Assembly (NCBI GenBank): GCA_963665115.1
Contig: OY762007.1
Coordinates: 7,808,001 to 7,872,000 of the forward strand
DNA from: an uncultured Rivularia sp.
GTDB taxonomy: Bacteria > Cyanobacteriota > Cyanobacteriia > Cyanobacteriales > Nostocaceae
DNA length: 64,000 bases
Direction: 5' to 3'
Of the stretch, positions 1-11,090 are shown one piece after another. The notes beneath the pieces are model-generated. The model was not told the DNA's origin. It did no database searches and saw only the letters and a program-made list of their open reading frames with translations. Every line of letters begins with the position of its first letter. The first letter of the stretch is position 1. Position numbers and translations under genes: made by a program.

Positions 1-320
1 TAGTTCATGTCTGGGTATACAAAATCAATTTTGTTCTTCAAATAAAAAATACTTTTGAATATATGCCAATTAATAGTTTGATTAACATTTAATGGTTTAA
101 GTGCCTCTTCTTTGTAATATATATTTTCTAAATGTGGCTGAATTGACTCGTATAAATTTTTATCGAGTGATTTGTTACAAATCAAGCAAATTTCAAAGGT
201 TGACTTTACTTCTGGAGCTAAACTTGCTAATGCAAATACTATATTTTTGATGTATTCAGTACCACCCATCCAGGCAAGACCACCTTGCATAACTAAACCG
301 ATTCTGATTTTTTTCTTCAT
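1..320 (-). CDS. Glycosyltransferase (probable GT4), N-terminal part; runs off the window edge
   Basis: Manually read ORF MKKKIRIGLVMQGGLAWMGGTEYIKNIVFALASL...; the W-x-GG-x-x-Y start is typical of GT4; ATGA overlap with the epimerase stop. Confidence 0.7.
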   Translation of the reverse strand, partial: MKKKIRIGLVMQGGLAWMGGTEYIKNIVFALASLAPEVKSTFEICLICNKSLDKNLYESIQPHLENIYYKEEALKPLNVNQTINWHIFKSIFYLKNKIDFVYPDMN

Positions 321-1249
321 ACTCCTACAAGCTCCGCTCGACACCAGTTTGCAAATGTTTTTATACCTTGTTCTAAAGGCACAGTAGCACTAAATCCTAA
401 AGTGGCTAATTTTGATACATCAGCTTGCCAGTTAAGGGGTGTACCAACTGGAACAATACCATCAAATTCAGGAATGGCATCGTATTCTAGAACATTCAGA
501 ATCATATTCGCTAATTCCAAAATCGTGACTTCACTGCCAGAAGCTAAGTTATAAACTTCTCCTTGCATCGAAGCAGAATTCGCTACCACCATTAATGCTT
601 TAGCAATATCAAGTGCATGGATAAAATCACGACTTTCTTGTCCAGTCCCTTTCAAAGTTACAGTTTTTTGAGTAATGGCTTTTTGGCAAATATCCCAGAG
701 AACCTGACGACGTAAACCAGGACCATAAGCAGAAAAAATCCGCATACTGGCTGTGGGTAAACCATAAACTTTGGTGAATTCTTGACACAACTGCTCGCTC
801 TGTAATTTATGAAAGCCATAAGGAGAAAGAGGAGCTAAAGACTGCATTTCACTTACTGGTAATGATTCTGGATTGCCGTAAACTGCTGCACTAGATAAGT
901 AAATAAACCTGCAATTAGGGGCGCTCAGACGTAAAGCGTTGAGAATTTCAAAAGTAATGGCTGTATTAGCGTAAAAATCAGGTAAAGGATCGGTAACTGA
1001 TAGACCGACAGAGGCACGACCAACGCAATGAATGCAAACATCGGGAGTATATTCTTGCAGTAAGCTATTCAATGCTGCATCTGGCAGTTGAAGACGCTGG
1101 TAAGTAGATAAGTTGGCAAGGGGCGCATTTTCAGGAGGAGAGTTGTCAATCCCGATAACAGACCAACCTTGCTCTGAGAAATAGCGGGCAACATAGCGAC
1201 CAATGAAGCCAGCGACTCCTGTTACTAGGATTGATTTTTGTTTTGTCAT
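317..1249 (-). CDS. NAD-dependent epimerase/dehydratase (extended SDR)
   Basis: GVAGFIG Rossmann motif, SSAAVYG, YGFHK (YxxxK), RDFIH. Confidence 0.9.
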   Translation of the reverse strand: MTKQKSILVTGVAGFIGRYVARYFSEQGWSVIGIDNSPPENAPLANLSTYQRLQLPDAALNSLLQEYTPDVCIHCVGRASVGLSVTDPLPDFYANTAITFEILNALRLSAPNCRFIYLSSAAVYGNPESLPVSEMQSLAPLSPYGFHKLQSEQLCQEFTKVYGLPTASMRIFSAYGPGLRRQVLWDICQKAITQKTVTLKGTGQESRDFIHALDIAKALMVVANSASMQGEVYNLASGSEVTILELANMILNVLEYDAIPEFDGIVPVGTPLNWQADVSKLATLGFSATVPLEQGIKTFANWCRAELVGV

Positions 1250-2091
1250 CGCTGTTTAATTGCTAGAAATGTGTATAGACGACCAGGAGTATTTGACATA
1301 CGGGAAGCTAACCAGCCAAACAACTTTTGTGTATTTTGATTGAAAGCAACTTCATTAGCTAGTTTTTGACTCATAGTCGAAGCTAATTTTGATGCAATTT
1401 TGTCTTGGAATTCTTTTTGAGTTTGAGGTGCGTAATTAATTACGCTTTCGTAAGGAGCAAGTACATTCTTTAGCTTAAGTCCTGCTGTAGTAATAGCATA
1501 TTTATATTCTTGCAGTAAGTACGCATTTTCCCCTCCGTATAAAAAATGTAGAGAGTGAGATTCCAGAAATTGAGTTAAATCCTCTTTTCTTGAGATAACG
1601 TGTTCGCGAGTAGCGATAAATACTCCCCCAGGTTTCAACACTCTTGCTGCTTCTTGAGTCAGTTTCTTCAAATTATGAGCGTGATGAAGTAAAGCTCTTG
1701 CATAAACAATATCAAAAGTATTGTTTTCAAAGGGTAATGTTTCACCGTATTTTTCAACTACTTTAATTGGCAGTTTAGTAGTATCAATTAAAGATTGAAT
1801 TGCTTTGGTACCAACTAAATAACTAGGATCAGGCTCTAAAGCTGTCACCGAACATCCTGCTTTAGCAAATGCATAACTTGAAATTCCTCTACCAGCGCCA
1901 ATATCTAACACTACACCTGGGATGTTTTTTTTCAATAGATGCTTAACTGCTAGCCATTCTTCACTGTTACTAAATCTTTGGGCAGCTGACTCCAATGGAT
2001 CATCGTAATAACAATGACGTACAATTTCTTGTTTTTCTGGTTGTTCTCGTAACCATTGTACCGCTTCTTCCCAAGTTAACTTATCGTTCAT
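1246..2091 (-). CDS. Class I SAM-dependent methyltransferase
   Basis: VLDIGAGRG motif [17 protein letters not shown]. Confidence 0.9.
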   Translation of the reverse strand: MNDKLTWEEAVQWLREQPEKQEIVRHCYYDDPLESAAQRFSNSEEWLAVKHLLKKNIPGVVLDIGAGRGISSYAFAKAGCSVTALEPDPSYLVGTKAIQSLIDTTKLPIKVVEKYGETLPFENNTFDIVYARALLHHAHNLKKLTQEAARVLKPGGVFIATREHVISRKEDLTQFLESHSLHFLYGGENAYLLQEYKYAITTAGLKLKNVLAPYESVINYAPQTQKEFQDKIASKLASTMSQKLANEVAFNQNTQKLFGWLASRMSNTPGRLYTFLAIKQR

Positions 2092-2662
2092 TTTCTGGTA
2101 TCTCCCGTATTATACGAGCTGGATTACCAGCAACAATTGCCCATGCTGGTACATCTTTTGTGACTACTGAACCTGCTCCAACTATTGCACCCTCGCCAAT
2201 TGTGACACCTTTGAGAATAATGGAATTGAATCCAATCCATACTTTGTTAGATATTTTGACAGGGGCAATTTTCACATTAGTCCAATCTTTCTTTCCTAAT
2301 CGCCAATTGACAACATCTTCTGAACGAAGTGAAAAAGATGTCGAGTGAGAATTATGGTCTACAATTGTTACATTCCAGGATATCATTACATCATCACCAA
2401 TCTCGATACTTTTAGCTGTAATTAGATTAGCATTCATAAATACTCGTTTGCCAATAGAAATAGAAGCATTTTCTTTATCAAAAATTAGAGATCCTGGCAC
2501 TTGGCTATGTTCGTCAATAGTTACCGAACAACCGGGTTTAAAAATCAATTTAGTAACTGCAAATTCTGAATTAGGGTGAACTTTGACAGTGGAAGGTAGC
2601 CTAGTTAGGTAAAGTGGAAAACATTTAAGTTTTTTATAAATTTTAGGAATAAGTCTTATCAT
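2081..2662 (-). CDS. Hexapeptide-repeat (LbH) O-acyltransferase
   Basis: [32 protein letters not shown]...AGNPAR. Confidence 0.9.
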   Translation of the reverse strand: MIRLIPKIYKKLKCFPLYLTRLPSTVKVHPNSEFAVTKLIFKPGCSVTIDEHSQVPGSLIFDKENASISIGKRVFMNANLITAKSIEIGDDVMISWNVTIVDHNSHSTSFSLRSEDVVNWRLGKKDWTNVKIAPVKISNKVWIGFNSIILKGVTIGEGAIVGAGSVVTKDVPAWAIVAGNPARIIREIPENER

Positions 2663-2849
2663 CTCTATTTACATATTTAATTAATAAAATATTCAACAAA
2701 ACCAATAAAATATTGCTATTTAGTTTAAGATATTAATCATTTAAACAAGCCATAATATTTACTTATACCTACTATTCTTTTTGTCATTAAAGCCTCATGA
2801 ATAGAAAGATATTTACAAGGCTATTAAGTATTTAAAAAAGCTTCATTGT

Positions 2850-3491
2850 TCATAATTTCTTGACAATCTTACTTGGATTACCAGCCACGATTACCCTTTC
2901 AGGAATATCTTTGGTGACAACGGAACAGGCAGCAATGATAGAACCTTTGCCTATTTTAACTCCTTTAAGAACTGTAGAATTAAAACCTATCCATACATCA
3001 TCTTCTATTACAACTGGCTTAGACTCTATATCAAAGTTATTAACAGTAGGATGTCCACTAGACATAATCGCAATAAAATGCTGATATCTTAAAACGGGAT
3101 CGATTGAATGTGAGTTCGTATCATGAACGTTGACATTATGCGAAATAAAAACGCGATCGCCAATTTTTATTGAATCACTAGACCATATACGTGTGCCATC
3201 TCCTATATAGCAATCATTACCAATTTGTATTTTACCTCCATGAGGGAAAACTAGTAATTGACCTTTAATAACAGAGTCTTTTTCTATAGATATTAAGTTA
3301 GGATTTTTAGCTAGGTTATCTATAGTAGCATTTGCTAGTATTTTAACAGATTCATCCATTAAAGAATGTTTTTCAAATGCATTACGTCTTTCAAAGTTTA
3401 AGATTAAATTAATTATTTTGGTAAGTTGCATCGAACCGAGATTAACTATTTTTTTGGTCAGCGATGATAAAATTTTAGTTGGATAATTCAT
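2850..3491 (-). CDS. Hexapeptide-repeat (LbH) O-acyltransferase
   Basis: DDVWIGFNSTVLKGVKIGKGSIIAACSVVTKDIP...AGNPSK. Confidence 0.9.
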   Translation of the reverse strand: MNYPTKILSSLTKKIVNLGSMQLTKIINLILNFERRNAFEKHSLMDESVKILANATIDNLAKNPNLISIEKDSVIKGQLLVFPHGGKIQIGNDCYIGDGTRIWSSDSIKIGDRVFISHNVNVHDTNSHSIDPVLRYQHFIAIMSSGHPTVNNFDIESKPVVIEDDVWIGFNSTVLKGVKIGKGSIIAACSVVTKDIPERVIVAGNPSKIVKKL

Positions 3492-3662
3492 ATATTCATA
3501 CTTTATTTTGAATGCTTGTATGTAATTTTTATTTAATAACCAAGAATAAAAAAAGTGTATATTGTATTTTAAATTTTAAAATATAAGCTTATAGGATTTT
3601 TAATCTTTCTATAAATTGTATGAATAAGTCTCATTATTTTATTGACATAATTCAAAAAACGT

Positions 3663-5024
3663 TCAATTATTAGTTGCCAATTTAAAGCTTCTCATCCTTT
3701 TAAATACACGAATTACAAATATAAATAAAGTTAGTGCAATTGTCACAGCAGTACCTAAACATATACCAGCAGTACCTAAATAATGAGCTAATAAAATTGA
3801 GATTATCAAATTAAAAATGCCCGAAGGTAGCCCTAGAATAGCTTGTATTCTTACTTCTCCTAATCCGTTTAAAAGTATAGCTAATGGCTGCATAAATCCT
3901 GTGATAATTGTGGTTAAGCACATAGCCCATAATAAACCTATTCCAGGAATAATATCCTGATTAACTAGTATTTTTATAGTGTTTTGCCCGAAGATTACTA
4001 AAAAGCCACTTGTTGGAATCAACCAGACCGTACCGATCCAAATAGAATACTTAAATGTTTTAATTACCCATTGATAATCCTGTCGGGCAATTGCTTCCGT
4101 ATATGCTGTCCAAAATGGAGATAAAAATGACATTTGAACTAGATTAATTAATCCAAATAACTTGAGAGTTACACCATACTTAGCGACCTCAACTGCGCCA
4201 AAAAATTGAGCGACTAGAATCAAATCTGTTTGAAGTAAAAGAATCGCTGAAATTTGAGCCAGCCAAAAATTAAATCCAATCTTGAGTAATGAAAATGCCT
4301 CATTCCATCTAAAGTAGACTAAACTTGGTTTTAGCCAAGGTCGCCTCCATATAAAAAGATGAATTGCAGAAAGCAAACTTCCTAAAAGAGAGGTTCCAAA
4401 ACCAACAGCGACCAAGACTGGCAAACTTGCTTTATAAATAATTGCGATAATTAATCCAATGATAGATAAAATGCTTGAAATGACTTCCCAGCTATTATAT
4501 AAATATCCTTCTTGATAAGCATGATAAATATTTGATGGAATGGATAGAATTAATCTAGATAAAAATAAAATTGCAACCACTATAACAGCTAAACCTGCCT
4601 CAGATTTGGCAACATCTGATGTGATATTAAATATTCTTGCCCAAGGAATAAACGGATATGAAATGTAAAATAATATTCCTAAAATTAAAGAAATATTGAC
4701 TGTCAACCAAAAGACACTTGATACAGCTATTTTAGCTTTCTCTCGCTCTTCCTTTCCATCAGCAGTTGCTAAAGCATTCTTTAAGCTATTGGCTAGACCA
4801 AAATCTGCCATACTAACCCAACTGAGGAATGTACTCAACATTAACCATAAACCAAAACGTTCTGCACCCAAATATTTTGCCGTTAATGGAATTGAAATTA
4901 AATTCATTCCCATTGATATCAATTTAATTGCCAAACTAGATGAACCAGTTAAGCCTGCTTTTATCAAGCGGCTTTGACTTCGATTAGATGGCTTTAATTT
5001 TAGAATGAGTCTTTTGATGAACAT
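3663..5024 (-). CDS. Oligosaccharide flippase (Wzx/MOP family)
   Basis: Many TM segments; KYLGAERFGLW, DFGL, QTDLILV motifs; EPS-locus context. Confidence 0.85.
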   Translation of the reverse strand: MFIKRLILKLKPSNRSQSRLIKAGLTGSSSLAIKLISMGMNLISIPLTAKYLGAERFGLWLMLSTFLSWVSMADFGLANSLKNALATADGKEEREKAKIAVSSVFWLTVNISLILGILFYISYPFIPWARIFNITSDVAKSEAGLAVIVVAILFLSRLILSIPSNIYHAYQEGYLYNSWEVISSILSIIGLIIAIIYKASLPVLVAVGFGTSLLGSLLSAIHLFIWRRPWLKPSLVYFRWNEAFSLLKIGFNFWLAQISAILLLQTDLILVAQFFGAVEVAKYGVTLKLFGLINLVQMSFLSPFWTAYTEAIARQDYQWVIKTFKYSIWIGTVWLIPTSGFLVIFGQNTIKILVNQDIIPGIGLLWAMCLTTIITGFMQPLAILLNGLGEVRIQAILGLPSGIFNLIISILLAHYLGTAGICLGTAVTIALTLFIFVIRVFKRMRSFKLATNN

Positions 5025-5466
5025 AATATTGATGCTTAATCTTTTCTGAAAAATTCAGAAAAGTATATTCTTTTTGTCAGTTGAGTACACATAATCTTGC
5101 TTAAAACAAATACTTATCTTCAAACCATAAAACTCAATTTACAAAGGTTTCCAATTATTTGAAAGGAGCAGAATTCATACTCATCTCTTGACACGAAAAT
5201 AATATAACAGAGCAAATTCAATAAATATGTCTCCTAGTTTATACTTAAGCAAAAAGTATTATTATTTATTGGAAGAATGGGGCCTGGGGCATTGATAATG
5301 TGGCGATCGCGCCTAGAGCATCCAACTTCCTCAAGATTCTAACCGGATTACTATATGTATCATGAGTCTACTTAAGTAGACTTGAACTATTAGCCTCGGA
5401 ATTGATTCCGAGGCGATTTTGACGGTTTATTGAGAATGTTAGAAATCAGGTGAGGTTTTGAAACAG

Positions 5467-6392
5467 TTAACTACCAAACCGTGTTAACAACTCCTCACGC
5501 TGTAGATTTGGCAACTGCAACAACAAAGAAGCATACTCTTGAGGAGGTAACTGCAACATCGGCTCAATAATCCCCGCCAACTGCTCATCTAACTCCCCAA
5601 ACCGCGCTTTGAGCAAATTTTCCACAACTTGACGCTGCCCTTGCTGCATTCCTCGAAGTTCGGTTTTTTGTTCCCATTCGGTTAGGAGCTTGTGATAATG
5701 TCATGATGAACTCCCTATCTTCTTGTTCAATTAAATTACTTGCTTCTATGCTAATCTTCCAAGTCGCGAATAGTTGTAAAATAGTAGAGCGTCTTGGATC
5801 GTCTTCATTAAAACCAATTACTTCATCAATAGCTTGCTGTAGAATTACTCCCTTACCGAATATTCTCAACCACAGAGTTTCTGGTGTTCTAGGTAATTTA
5901 TTAATAGCAATGACTGCTGTTCTTAAAACTTTTGGTAAAAAATAAATACCCGTTAACCAGTCTTCACTTTGAAAAGCACAAGCACTTGAAAGCAAATCAT
6001 CAGACGCAGAAGGAGTAATAATCCATAACCGTGGAAGTTCATCTTCTTTAACAGTTTCTTCCTCACGCTTGGCTTTGCGTTCAAAATCGGCAATTACATG
6101 AAATAATTTAGATAAACAACCCCCCTTTCATCCCCCCTTAATAAGGCGGGAAAGAGGGGGGTGAAGGCTTTGGTTGATTGCGAAAGGGTTCGATTAAACA
6201 CGGGAGAGTGGCAATTTCAGCCAGAATTCCTATATCTTGTGAATTTACGTTTGGTTGATTTGTTGGAGAAAACCAAATATCGATAAATTTTGGCTCTCCG
6301 GGAACTTCAAAATTTGTTTGCACCTCCCCCAAGGGAGCTAAAAAAGATTCAAAAAACTGCTTAGCGAATTGGTCAAAAGGAGTTCTGCCCAT
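5467..6392 (-). pseudogene. Disrupted cyanobacterial conserved hypothetical (FDQFAKQ...EPFRN...LPRLWI family with DUF4351-like C-terminus)
   Basis: Three ORF pieces join into one protein (MGRTPFDQFAKQ...EPFRNQP / CLSKLF...LPRLWIITP...PETLWLRI / EWEQKT...RFGELD). It is broken by a palindromic insertion at about 6120-6170 and a frameshift near 5685. Confidence 0.75.
6120..6170. repeat. Short G/C-run palindromic element inserted in a CDS
   Basis: CCCCCCTTTCATCCCCCCTTAATAAGGCGGGAAAGAGGGGGGTG; related to the element at 53609-53640. Confidence 0.7.
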
Positions 6393-6502
6393 TTAAATGC
6401 ACTCACTTGTATAGTCCAAGCGTACTACAAAAAGAGACAGTGTAGAGACGGGATTGTTTTGCAACGTCTCCCCATATTTCGCGGATGGGAGGATATTTAC
6501 AG

Positions 6503-6889
6503 CTACCATAACCTCTGAATAGGATAATTATCAAAAATCCTATCAATACTCACAATCGGTATTGCCTCTACAATCGCTTGAGCTATTAAAATTCTATCAA
6601 AAGGGTCTTTATGATGTGGTGGTAAATTATTTAAAGCGTAAATATGAGAAGTTTCAATAGATAACAGTTGCAATCCATTAGTTTGACATTGGCTTTCGAT
6701 TAATTCAGGTAAAGGCAAATTTAAAGTTAATTTACCAATTTGTAATTTAATTTGCATTTCCCAGATACTAGCAAGACTGAAAAATAAACTATTACTTTGG
6801 TCATCCAATAACTGATATACCGTTTCTGATAAATTACCAGGACTGATTGACCACCAAATTAATACATGAGTGTCTAACAAAACATTCAT
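6503..6889 (-). CDS. vapC: PIN-domain (VapC) toxin
   Basis: LLDTHVLIW, SIWEMQIK, HHKDPFDRILIAQA. Confidence 0.9.
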   Translation of the reverse strand: MNVLLDTHVLIWWSISPGNLSETVYQLLDDQSNSLFFSLASIWEMQIKLQIGKLTLNLPLPELIESQCQTNGLQLLSIETSHIYALNNLPPHHKDPFDRILIAQAIVEAIPIVSIDRIFDNYPIQRLW

Positions 6890-7126
6890 TCTTCACCCAT
6901 CCAAAATTCATCAGGCAAAGGCTCATTAAAATCTTCGCTCATCCAGCCTTGACCCTTCATGCAAACCAAATATACGACGTTTTGGTTGTCCTTGATTTGA
7001 TTGGTGTTGAATGTATTTCTGTTCTAAGAACTCGATAAAATCTGCTACCTGCTGTTGTTGCTCTGGTGGTAAATTTTGCAGTCTGGAAACTAATCCTTCA
7101 GTTATATTAATTGTTTGGGAAGTCAT
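6886..7126 (-). CDS. DUF2281-type antitoxin (one extra G near 6953, probable error)
   Basis: LPPEQQQQVADFIEFL...RRIFGLHEG then QGWMSEDFNEPLPDEFWMGEE* in another frame; ATGA overlap with the PIN gene. Confidence 0.8.
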
Positions 7127-7302
7127 GTTTCCCTCCAAGTTAGCGATTATAGATTAATATTACTATTTTATTGGGTAACGCTAACGCTTAACCCAACCTA
7201 CACACTTAGGATAAAGGAAGATTCGTTCGTAGTTGGGACTTTAGTCCTAATATCAAGTATTTGTAGGTTGGGTTGAAGGTCATGAAACCCAACCTACGGA
7301 CT

Positions 7303-7394
7303 GCAAAATCCAGCACTGTTTGTTGTTGCTCTGGTGGTAAGTTTTGCAGTTTGGCAACTAATGCTTCGGTTATATTCAATGTCTGGGAAGTCAT
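7303..7394 (-). pseudogene. Truncated duplicate of the DUF2281 antitoxin 5' half
   Basis: MTSQTLNITEALVAKLQNLPPEQQQTVLDFA; about 50 bp upstream is nearly identical to 7127-7175; cut by a palindromic element at 7262-7298. Confidence 0.75.
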
Positions 7395-7546
7395 GTTTCC
7401 CTTCAAGTTAGCGATTATAGATTAATATTACTATTTTATTGGGAATTGGAAATTGGGCATTGGATCGAAATGGCCGCAGGGGATAAGAGATAAGATAGCG
7501 ATCGCCACAAAGCCGCTCTTCTAAGCAACATTCTTTTAAACTATAT

Positions 7547-7609
7547 ATGGTGCGAATCATATCAGTACGACGAGCAAGAGACGAGGAGAGAAAATTATAT
7601 GAAAGCTGA
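7547..7609 (+). pseudogene. C-terminal remnant of a BrnT-family toxin
   Basis: MVRIISVRRARDEERKLYES* matches the BrnT C-terminal RIIS-x-R-x-A...ER-x-x-Y motif and overlaps the antitoxin start. Confidence 0.7.
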
Positions 7610-7826
7610 AGAGTTTGATAAAAAATTCGATTCCGCACAGGAGGATATAACCGCTTATTTAGACATAAATACAATTCGTCGTCCGGGTTACGAGCAACGA
7701 CGAGTAAACGTAGATTTTCCTAGATGGATAATAGAAGCGCTCGATAAAGAAGCTGCACGAATCGGTGTAACTCGACAATCAATTATAAAAGTCTGGATTG
7801 CCGAGCGGCTCGAACAGCATAGTTAA
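7599..7826 (+). CDS. BrnA/CopG-like (RHH) antitoxin
   Basis: MKAEEFDKKFD...RRVNVDFP.W....LDKEAARIGVTRQSIIKVWIAERL. Confidence 0.85.
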   Translation: MKAEEFDKKFDSAQEDITAYLDINTIRRPGYEQRRVNVDFPRWIIEALDKEAARIGVTRQSIIKVWIAERLEQHS

Positions 7827-7917
7827 AATTGGGCCATTCGGGCATGGGGCATTGGGAGATACGGTGATGGGGAGACAAGGAGACAAGGGGAAAATAACTC
7901 CATCCGTTGCCAAACTC

Positions 7918-10117
7918 TTACCCAATCTCAACCTTAGTAATCTCCTCCGTATCAACTTTCCCATTCATCTCACCCGGATTCATTCCGTAATAACCCTTAG
8001 AGTAATAGTACCCGCCGTAACTATTATCAGCAGTGACACCATTAACTACCATGCCCAAAACTCGCTGACCAGATTGTTCTAACAACGACTTCGCAGCATT
8101 CACTGAGCCAGTATTAGCAACGCCGGGACGTACAACTAACAACATTCCATCTGCTAGTTTACCTATATTTAGAGCATCGGCAACGGCTGTCAAAGGTGGA
8201 GCATCAATAATTACAAAGTCATAATCTTTACTAGCATCTTTGACTAAATTAGCCATGCGCTGAGATTCTAACAAAGCTAAGGGATTTGGGGGAATTTTTC
8301 CACAGGTAAGCACGTCTAATGTTACCAGTGCTTCTGCTGTACTACCGTGTAAAGCTGCTTGTCCCACCAAGACATTGCTTAAGCCTATCATGTTGGGTAA
8401 ATCCCAAATATTTTGTTGGGTAGGACGACGCATATCTGCATCAATTAGCAATACTCGTTTTCCTAATTGGGCGATCGCAACAGCTAAGTTCGCTGAAACA
8501 AAGGATTTACCTTCACCCGGTATTGAACTGCTGACTACAATTACCTTTAATGCTTGATCGGATGCAGTGAAACTAAGATTTGTCTGAAGAATCTCAAAAG
8601 CATTAGTCGCGGGTGAATAAGGATTATTGAGTACGGGTAGTTCTTGTCTCTCTTTATCTTTTTCATCCACGCGAGGAATAGTACCCAGCAAGGGATAACC
8701 CAGGAGTTTCTTAGCTTCATCAAGGGTTTTGAGGGATTTATCCATTGCTTCGAGTATCAATGCCGTTCCCACACCTAGCAGAATTCCTAAAAAGCCACCT
8801 AAAGCTAAGTTTAGAGAAATTTTGGGTGAAATTGGATTATTGGGAACTAAAGCCGAAGCAATTACCCTGGCATTACCAACATTCTGCTTTTCAACTACCT
8901 GCGCTTCTTGTAATTGCTTTAATAATTGTTCGTAAGTTGATTGTGCTACCTGCAATCTTCGCTGTAACTGTCGCTGTTGTTGCTCTAATTTAGGTAAAAT
9001 TCTTAATCTTGCTTGGTTTGATATAAAAGCTTTTCTCAATAAACCGACTCGATTGGTTGCTGCTAACCGTTCAACCTCCGATCTTACTAGTTCCGCTGTC
9101 AGAGATTGCTTTAATTCACCAATTTGCAAATCTGGTTCTCTTACAGATACTCCATTACCGACAATTTGTCCGACTCGCCCTTCAAGCTGATTTCTCAAAG
9201 CTTGCAATTTCTGAGAAAGATTAATTACTGTTGGGTGTTTGTCAGTTAACTTAGTTCGCGCTACTGCTAACTCATCTTGCGTCTTCTGAAATTCTGTAAG
9301 TACCTGCTGTACCCCTGGCGATTGACTCAAACTTGATAGCGCTACCGCTTGCTGTGTCTGTAATTTTAACTGATTTTGCAAAGCCTCAGAGCGAGTCATT
9401 GCTTCCACTAATTTCGCTTGAGCTTGGGTAATATTCTCTGATAAACTGTTAAGACTTCCTACCCCAAGTTTGGCTTCTTCTTCCAAAGCCACTACGCCGT
9501 TTTGCTCTTTGAATTGACGCAAAGCTGCTTCTGCCTGTATTACTCTTGCCTCAACTTGTGGTACTTCTTTTTGCAGAAATTCCCGTGCCGCTCTGACTTC
9601 AGCAGTGTTGTTTTCAACGTTATTGTCTAGATAATCCCTCATCAAGGAATTTATCACATTTGCCGCTTCTTGGGGGTCGGTACTTTTATAAGAAAGCTGT
9701 AAGATATCAGTACCCCGGATACTATTAACCTTGAGTTTTGCAAGAACAGTTTCATGGCTGAGGGGTTCGCCTTCCTCATTTTTGAGATCGAGTTTGGTTA
9801 TAGTTTCTTTAATCAGAGGATAAGATTGGATCACCTCAGCTTCGGTGTCAAGGGGGTTTGAGTTTGCTATACCGCTAAGTTTCTCCAATTTGTCCTCCTA
9901 AACCTGAAAGAGAAGAAACATTATTATTTTTATTAAAACGTAATTTACCTTCTGCTTGATAAACTGGTTTTTGTCGAAAGGTGACGAAAGCAGCTAATCC
10001 AAGAACGGAGCTAGTTACAAGCAGTGCAGGCAACCAGCGTCTTTTGAGAATCAGCCAGTATTGTCCTAAATCAATATAGTCTTGCTCTTCTTGGTTCACT
10101 TGCATCTCATTTGTCAT
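7918..10117 (-). CDS. wzc: Polysaccharide co-polymerase / tyrosine autokinase (Wzc/GumC); extra A near 9881
   Basis: N-terminal LILKRRW TM, coiled coil, PISPK, Walker A PGEGKS, IDADMRRP, C-terminal YGGYYYSKGYY tyrosine cluster. Confidence 0.9.
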
Positions 10118-11090
10118 AGAACATATCACTCACGCTATCGACTTACGCTAACTTTTAACTTTCGATCAATTTAATGTGTATTGTGCCCGATCTATTTTTC
10201 TGTGGCAGATGGTTTATCTTTTAGTCTTTTTATAAAGTTAGATGACTATTCCTAGTTAGGCATACTATTTTTATACCTACAGCTTGCATTAATTATTTAA
10301 CAGTATTTTTTTGATTTGAAAAGTCTGGAGCTATACTTATAAGTTAAGCTTTAAATTTGTTTCAAAAAAGGTTAAAAAAATGTGTTGTTCCTAACTACTA
10401 TTCTGAATGCGAGATGCCGTTCTGCTCGCACGCTCGCCGTGTATAGGAGCATACTAAATCGTATTTGACGGTATCGAACGCCTATGGCGATGTATTCTTA
10501 AGTTATTACAACTTAGGCAAGAGAAATTACAATATCTAGAACACTATATTTCCCACGATTGCTGCGTAAGTCCTAGTTATATTTTATTTTGATAAATAGA
10601 AATAATCGGGTTTATAAATTGTCTTTTTTAAATAATTCTTAAACAAGACTTAGTTTCTTTTTCAGTTTTATGTAATCAATTTGTATAAAATCGTCATTCA
10701 ATAAATAATTGCATTGATATTATATTGGCAAATTATATATAGCCTTTTTCGGTTGAGTAAGGTACACAATATAACTTCACCCTGTCCTCGATTCAACTGA
10801 AACCAGCTATATACATCATTTTCTTAATCTATAGGATTTATAAAGAATGCGCTTACAACTACAAAGATATTGATTTGACTAAATGTATTCTATCTAATCT
10901 TGATATTTTCTTCCAGAAGTCATACTTTCTATACTTAGTAATACCAATCAATTTACAAATAATCTTTGTTTAGTTTATCTATACGGTGTGCATACAAAAT
11001 ATTTCAACAGATGGTTATACTAATTGTTCTGCAATTCAAAGCTTCGTATAACTTCTCAAAAAACAAAAAACAGAGGAATAATACCTATTA

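Noticed and set aside
10130..11090. Hidden gene or ncRNA in the long wzc-sugar transferase gap (also 42900-44220)
   Set aside because: AT-rich divergent promoter regions with only repeat remnants; no convincing ORF or recognisable RNA fold by eye (an Rfam scan was not run)
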